In this document: in pieces, positions 57,830 to 64,000 of the stretch
Layout: each line of letters opens with the position of its first letter
How positions within the stretch are numbered: the stretch's first letter is position 1
Assembly: GCA_004431415.1 (NCBI GenBank)
Contig: QPMI01000159.1
Span: 84,327 to 148,326 of the forward strand
DNA: 64,000 nucleotides
Reading direction: 5' to 3'
Source: Cyanophora paradoxa CCMP329
Taxonomy: Eukaryota > Plantae > Glaucophyta
Notes under the pieces: generated by a model
Told to the model about the DNA's origin: nothing
Seen by the model: the letters and a program-made list of their open reading frames with translations, nothing else
Databases searched by the model: none
Program-made: the position numbers and the translations under genes

Positions 57830-58757
57830 TACAGGGCTCAATAGAAATTCATTTCGGCGGTGCGTCGTAGGTTTCGATTTCAAAAGTGAAATAATGCGCC
57901 CAAACCCCGAAATCTAAGAGAGCGCCATCATGGTCGATGAGTTTAATCGTGAGGCGGTCGAAGATTTTAATTCGCGGAATTCACGAATGAGAGGCACCGT
58001 AGTGGACGTGTCGAAGTGGTAGATATCACCATGTTCGAGTTCCTGTGGGATTGGAATGCGCATGAAATAACCATCGACGTGCTTGTTGACTGAGCGAATA
58101 AACGGCGCAAATTCATCAATATATAGCCAGATCATCGCCGCCGGGTCTCATCTCCACGAGTATAGCCGCGAATGCGTCGATTGAGTGTCACAGTTCCCGT
58201 CCCAGGATTAAACACAAGGAATGTATCGCTTGCAAAAGGGGTAAATGTCTCGTAAACATATAGCTGAATATCTTTGAAACCGAATATTGCGAGTTCTTAG
58301 CGATTGCTTTGCGATTACTGATTTTCTGAGTGTTTCAGGGGAAGCTTTGGAGAACTTGAACCAAAGTTACTATCACTGAAAAACTCATAGATCTTTGAAG
58401 TAGTATTATAGCGGCATTTAATATATTTTCCACCGAAATCTGAAAGGCGAGCTGCTTCGAGTCTTTCTGTGACTTTTGCGGCAAGGTCGTCTTTGGTGTA
58501 AAATCCTTTGGGATTGTGATGGTCACGAATCCGGAATCCGAAGCTGTGACCGAAAAATAGAGTTCCATGCGCTCGATGGTTGCACCAGTCGCGTCTATAT
58601 CGTTTGTCACGGTCGAAAGAACATTGGGAACCGTTGCCTGCACCAGGCGCACAGATTTTACGTTGTCATAGCGACGGGGTAATGTCACTACATACTGGTT
58701 TGGCTGAGTAAACTCCTCATCGCGATCATCGCTCGAAAAGCTCAGGTATTCTTTCAT
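57830..58757 (-). CDS. Minor capsid (penton) protein 1, frameshifted; 3' end approximate
   Basis: FSSDDRD..NQYVVTLP..NVKSVRLVQATVPN; IWLYIDEF..RIPI. Confidence 0.7.
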
Positions 58758-58773
58758 CTTACTATAATAGATT

Positions 58774-59616
58774 ATGAAAAGAATAACAATAAATTGCGAC
58801 AGTAGAGACCTTGAAAATGGCGTGCTGCACTTGAAAACGCGCCTTAATAATGTGCGACGATTTCGTGTGCTATCCGCTGAGATTCCAATAGCTCTTATGT
58901 TGTTCCGCCCGATCAGACAATAACTATAACGCTTCTAAACGAAGAGCCCACAGTAATCCCCGCATCCAAAATGATAGCACCGATTCCCAGCGTAAACGAT
59001 TATTATTACGTCGATGCTGATAACGAACGATATCCAAAAGAGAGAGCTCTAAACAGTGATGCTTTACTCGGATTTGCGGCGGTTCTTTTAATCCTCTCGG
59101 TCTCTTCCCCGTTTCCTATTCTCTCGCTCTGTCTACCAACCGGTTCGTGTTCTCTTCTCCGAATAGCCCGTTTACATTAGAGTCCTCAGACCAGGAGTTC
59201 TGTGATTGTCTCGGCATAGAACCCGGAGTGGTTTACACCAGCACACCAGAACCAGTGCCGGTTCCACTCAGAGATTACCCCAGTCGCTACGCGATTATAT
59301 GCCCGAAAATGGTCGACTTTAATGCAATTCCATATATTTACCTTGATATCGAAGAGCTCCGCCCTTTTACCAAATTCGCAGCGGTTACAGGTAGACAGAA
59401 CAATGTCGACGACTCCTATCTATTGCGAATTCAGATGAATTCGGACTTTGGTAGATATTCCTTTTACCACGAACCGAGCGCAAGCATCCCTTTCGTAAAT
59501 GTCACATCGCAACTCCATTTAGATCGTCTCACAATTTCGCTTCGAAAATGGCGGGCTCTGTTGCGGATATAAACGGTCTCTCATACTCGTTTCAGCTCGA
59601 AGTGATCACGGATTAA
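58774..59616 (+). CDS. Minor capsid (penton) protein 2, frameshifted
   Basis: MKRITINCDSRD..L...LNNVRRFRVLSAEIP; YIYLDIEEL; LDRLTISLR; DINGLSYSFQLEV. Confidence 0.7.
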
Positions 59617-60390
59617 ACGTAGTAGCCCTCGAAATCTATTCGGCATGCCGAAGCTACGTTCGTCGTGAGCACCCAGATTACGAGGGTTCTCACAGATCTC
59701 GGGTTCGCTAAGAAATGTTCGTCGGGCTCCGCACTTCCGGCTATTTGATTTGCATTGGTAAACACTCTCGTCGCGCCGGCTTCTGTGTATGTAACAAGCG
59801 CAGAAACTCCGGAAGTGAGCTGGTAATCGATCTCAAACGTTTTAATATAGTTGCCATTCGCAGCCGGCTTCATTTTTATTGAGGAAAGCATGAACAGACG
59901 CGGAAAATCGATGCGTAAATAATTGCCTCCCGACCTACTACCTTGCGGCGGGTTGGTAAATCCCACCCACCCCGTAGCATTCGACCAGCGGCATTGGAGG
60001 CTGTCCCGAATTCCGCAATAAAAGCGCTATTATCGAGCGGCACCCAGTGGACTCCGGGGGTGCGCTTACATCTGTGCACCCGGACAGATTAATTATGGGA
60101 ACGTCGCCCTCTGATAAATTCATTGTCAGCACTGAATACATCGCATTAAAATACGTTTGCTGTGCGGAAACAAAGGCGAGCGCTTCCGTTTCCAAATATT
60201 GCAGGTGCGTCGTTGTGATTGTATCGAGGGTCATTTTATCTTTCGGTAAAGGAACGCTCAGCTTATAGTAGCGATCGTAATTCTGATCATCGTTTCTGGG
60301 TAAAAGTTCCAGTAGCTTTACGTGGCGTTTAGATCGCTCGACTCTAAGAACATGCTGAGAATTGGCGATCCTGTGGCGCTTAGCATCCAT
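59613..60390 (-). CDS. Protein with C-terminal discoidin (F5/8 type C)-like domain, frameshifted
   Basis: YLRIDF..LSSIKMK..YIKTFEIDY..VFT.N..FLANP..VRTLVIW..CRIDFEG. Confidence 0.6.
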
Positions 60391-61093
60391 TGCACGATCC
60401 CCAATTTTTCATGGTGTCATACGAATATCCCGCGGTTGCTTTATCGGCGTCTTGGACGTGACCCGCCGTAATCGAGACCACGATAAGCTCCTCCTCGCAA
60501 GAGTTTCCGAATAAAGTGCGGGCAAATGTGTAGCCGCAAACCCCGGGCGAATTATTTCCACTCATGCAACCATCAATTAAACAGTATGTTCTTCCGGCGA
60601 CTGTGACTTGTTTCGCTCGAAATAGTCGGAGCAGCCGAGGTAGCCCTTGCAGCATCGCGCACAAGCATCCCATTAATGTCTTCATCGTTGCTTGAAATAA
60701 AAACGGGGACATTTGAACCGTGTCGAACGCAGTCACGATGGTGGTTTGTAGAGATCCGCCATGGTCGCTGAGCCGCAGAGTTCCAGAGCCACAGCTCTAA
60801 GTTAGTTGCTTCATACTGGGGCGTTGCACAATCGATGTAAGCACTCGTGGATTCGCGAAAATCAGCGGTAGTTTCGCTTTGTAGAGCGCCAGAATATCAG
60901 TAGCAGTATATTTAGGGCGCCATCGTTCCCTTGATATTCAAAAGGAGCGCGATTAATCCACCTGTGGATGTTCCCGCAAAGCAGTCGAATAGCTTTGGAT
61001 TCGTTTACCGGTTTGGGCTTCAATCTGTGCCAGTATAGCAGCCTCGATTATTCCACGCGACCCTCCACCACTCAGACATAAAACGGTCTTCAT
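60380..61093 (-). CDS. Patatin-like phospholipase, frameshifted
   Basis: LCLSGGGSRGII (glycine loop), DCFAGTSTGGLIA (GxSxG), SAAPTIF, LIDGC..NN. Confidence 0.82.
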
Positions 61094-61136
61094 TATCTTA
61101 TATACTTCTTATATATCTTCTTTGTTTATAAAGAGG

Positions 61137-64000
61137 ATGTCGTTCCTGAATCCGCGACCAGACGCACGAGTTATTAATTCGACCACTCAGATAGAGGACA
61201 CTGATCAGGTAAACACTGAAATTCGCGGTCTCTGAGAATAAATTACAATGCAGACCGCGAAGATCCAGTCAGTGGACACCGAGCAGACCCGCAGCTTTGC
61301 AGTTAATGAACGTCGAGAAAGGGGATCATAACTTGGAATCGACTTTTTACTTGATGATAACGAACGAACAGAGTCGCCAGCATTCAGGCAACCCGCCAGC
61401 TACCGAAAACGGTGCGATATAATCGCAGGAACATCCAAAAGCATTCGATAGAGGTCGCTTAAACTTCTTCATTCAAGATGAGAGCGGTTTCCAAAATGCA
61501 GCTATGAGAATCGTGGATAATAGCACACTTATAGCGGAGTATCCACACGGAAAACAAAGGTAGAGGTCGTCCATGATCTCTCAGCAGGTAATCTTACGAC
61601 GAGTAACATTACAGCAAGTAACATCACTACGGATACCCTAAATGTAAACTCGCTCAACTCCGAGTCGTTTTTCGCCACCAATGTCGCAACCTGTAACCTA
61701 AACATCGAATCCTTTGTGATTCAGAAGAGCGAATCGTTCCCCAGATAACAGAGGGTGTTTTCACATTAGACCCCGCGAAACCGACCTTAGAAATTGTCGA
61801 AAATGGGACGTTGTCGATATAATTGGCGCCAATGCTCCGAATGTGAGATCCTTAGCACTTGATAAAACGACTATATCATTTGCAGAAGAAATTCGGCTTT
61901 ACCACAGAGAAACAGCACTGAAACAACCATGTTCACATAACCAGAGACAATATAAACGATCTTTAGGCAAGGACATCGTAAAGGCGTTTTTGGAGTTTGA
62001 AAGGAGCAAGAACACCAAAGATTCCAGCCAGGATGGAACCCTCACGACCCACACAACCGAAATCGCGGCTTTGCAATCAGAAATTAATGCTCTGTTTGCA
62101 GCAGATGGAGCGCTTGCAATTACCTTAGCCCATATTCTGTCGAAAAGGAACATATACCCCGCGACTGACAACACATACCGAGTTGGTTTATCGAATCTGA
62201 GATGGTCAGAGTGCATGGAGTTTCCATGTTGCCTCCAATTTAATCTTCCATTAAATCACTCACTCCGACCTAATCAGATTCTTACCAATGGTAATGCACT
62301 GATCAGCTACACCGACTATAATAGTAACCTTTCCCGCTCGGTTTCGCAAACTGAGACCTACACTGTCGAGGATACCCTCAGCAGCTCGCAATGGGTCTAT
62401 GTCTCTTATGTAGGCAAACCTACATATACATTCACTTGGGATCAGTTGGGTGTCACAGGTTCGAGACGACTATACCCACTGTTTCATTGGTGGATCACAC
62501 TACTTATTATAATCCTATCTATAACAATAATGAATCGAATAAAGCATTTATCCAAAATGTCACCTCCACAGGGTTTCAGGTTTCGTTTGTCATTAACGAG
62601 ACATACAATTACTTATCATCCGAAACAACTCATTGAGTTCCGAAGCTACTATTAGTTTCACTCTTAACATCAATTACATTAGCCCTGTATTCGATAGCAA
62701 ACCCAGAGTAAAGGTTACCGAGATTTACAAGGTAGCAATATCGTGCCCTTCTCACAGAATTTCGATCTTGGGCGAATCTTTAAGGTGGAACACAGTTTAC
62801 TCTTTGAGTGCAAACACCTGTAATATTGTGGTCGCAGGATCATCGGCTACTATTGGAGAACTGACCGCCCTTTTAGAAAGGAGTTTCTCAGAGAACTGTA
62901 TATAACAAAGTCTGATTTACCAGATGCTATTTCGTTGGTGCTCTCCCCAACTCCCAGCATCTCATACCACAATGTGAAAGACACAAGTAATGTAGTGCAG
63001 GAGTGGAAGCAAAGTATTCCAGGCATCCGAGATCAGCAACAACATATAGATATCTTGCAGGGGTTCCAGCGAATTTTAATTTCACATTTGAGACACCATT
63101 TGTTTCCCCTCCTACTATTGAAATAACAGACACGAATTTGTATGTGGTCAATGATGGGTCACTACATCACTTCAAAATGCACCAGCCGGCTACTCCCATT
63201 TGTTGCAACTAACATAACAACCACCGGCTTCACACTTGTCGGAAATGCAACAGTGACATATGCTCTGACATATCCTGTTGGGTTGTATTTTGCGAAATTT
63301 AATCTCTCTGTCCCAGCAGTGTCCCTTTCTCCTCCCTTTACTATCAGTTGGAAGGCAACAGGAACTATTCCGCGATTTGACCCGAAGATCGATTAAAAAT
63401 AAGGTATCCTCTCGATGTTACCGACATTCACACTACGAGGATCAATGGGCAGAATTTCGTGTTTAATGGAACCAATGCGACTCTGATCGAATAGAGTCAC
63501 AAATAATTACTTTTTCGATTCTCGATATATTAATACTTGCAACATTGTCATACAGAAAACGTTTGAGATCGCAGTAAGACCTTAACAGTCACCTTGCCCA
63601 CTCACTCGAATGTCTCAGATGGATTTCACTATTATCTTTTCAATCGTAATTACACCTCTATATTCCATATCCTTCTGAGACTGTCAACATGAGCTATCCC
63701 AGAGTCACCCTAACATCGACCAATGCTGACTTCTTTGGATCCACGGACTTTATGACCTTCTTTGCTTTCACATCCTCTACTGATGGTCTCTTAGTTTATT
63801 ACACTTTCAAGGTATGATGCTGTTTGGACTCAGCTTGACAGCCACCCAAATACAGATGTAATCGAGTGGGCGTAAGAAATATATAAAAACCGCTTCCCCA
63901 TGGTGTGCACTGTCCGGCTCGACTGTCCGGCTCGATGACAGATACCACTCCTAACCTAAATAACATTGGATTGCACTCGACATGCAATATTTATGTGCAA
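61137..64000 (+). pseudogene. Fragmented fibre/spike-like structural gene(s)
   Basis: NLTTSNITASNIT repeats, coiled coil, NIYPATDNTYRVG..RW, FTFETPF..PP and NITTTGF motifs; many frameshifts. Confidence 0.45.

Larger units (their letters stand above)
46440..64000. mobile_element. Element 2: larger endogenous Polinton-like virus (left end approximate, right end outside the window)
   Basis: GC drop, intronless dense ORFs: integrase, PolB-helicase, ATPase, MCP, pentons, accessory genes. Confidence 0.88.

Noticed and set aside
46440-64000. Bacterial/phage contamination or giant-virus insertion
   Set aside because: rve integrase, A32-like ATPase, MCP and penton homologous to element 1 fit a PLV; no NCLDV core transcription genes seen

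Overview
Eukaryotic nuclear DNA from a GC-rich, intron-dense protist or alga; a glaucophyte-like 'GFV' plastid transit peptide is a weak hint at the host. Positions 1-2061 hold two copies of a ~1 kb repeat. Positions 3.0-18.7 kb hold six intron-rich host genes in three head-to-head pairs: DIS3/NAT9, cis-prenyltransferase/glycosyltransferase, and IQANK1-like/COQ7. From ~19.7 kb there is a tandem segmental duplication of a large multi-exon gene with ricin-B-like repeats. Copy A (20985-~28589) is uninterrupted. Copy B (from 31646) has been invaded by two different endogenous Polinton/Maverick-like viruses. Element 1 (32500-42836) is complete: ~400 bp TIRs, 6-bp TSD, penton, major capsid protein (MCP), packaging ATPase, rve integrase and protein-primed PolB. 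It sits exactly on a host 3' splice site, and its ends rebuild GT...AG, so it could be spliced out in frame. Element 2 (~46440 to beyond the window end) has homologous capsid, ATPase and integrase genes but a different replicase (PolB-core/SF1-helicase/HNH fusion). It also carries two pentons, a prokaryote-type AdoMet decarboxylase, a patatin lipase, a discoidin protein and a fibre-like gene, many broken by frameshifts. All calls come from motif recognition by eye; no database searches were run.
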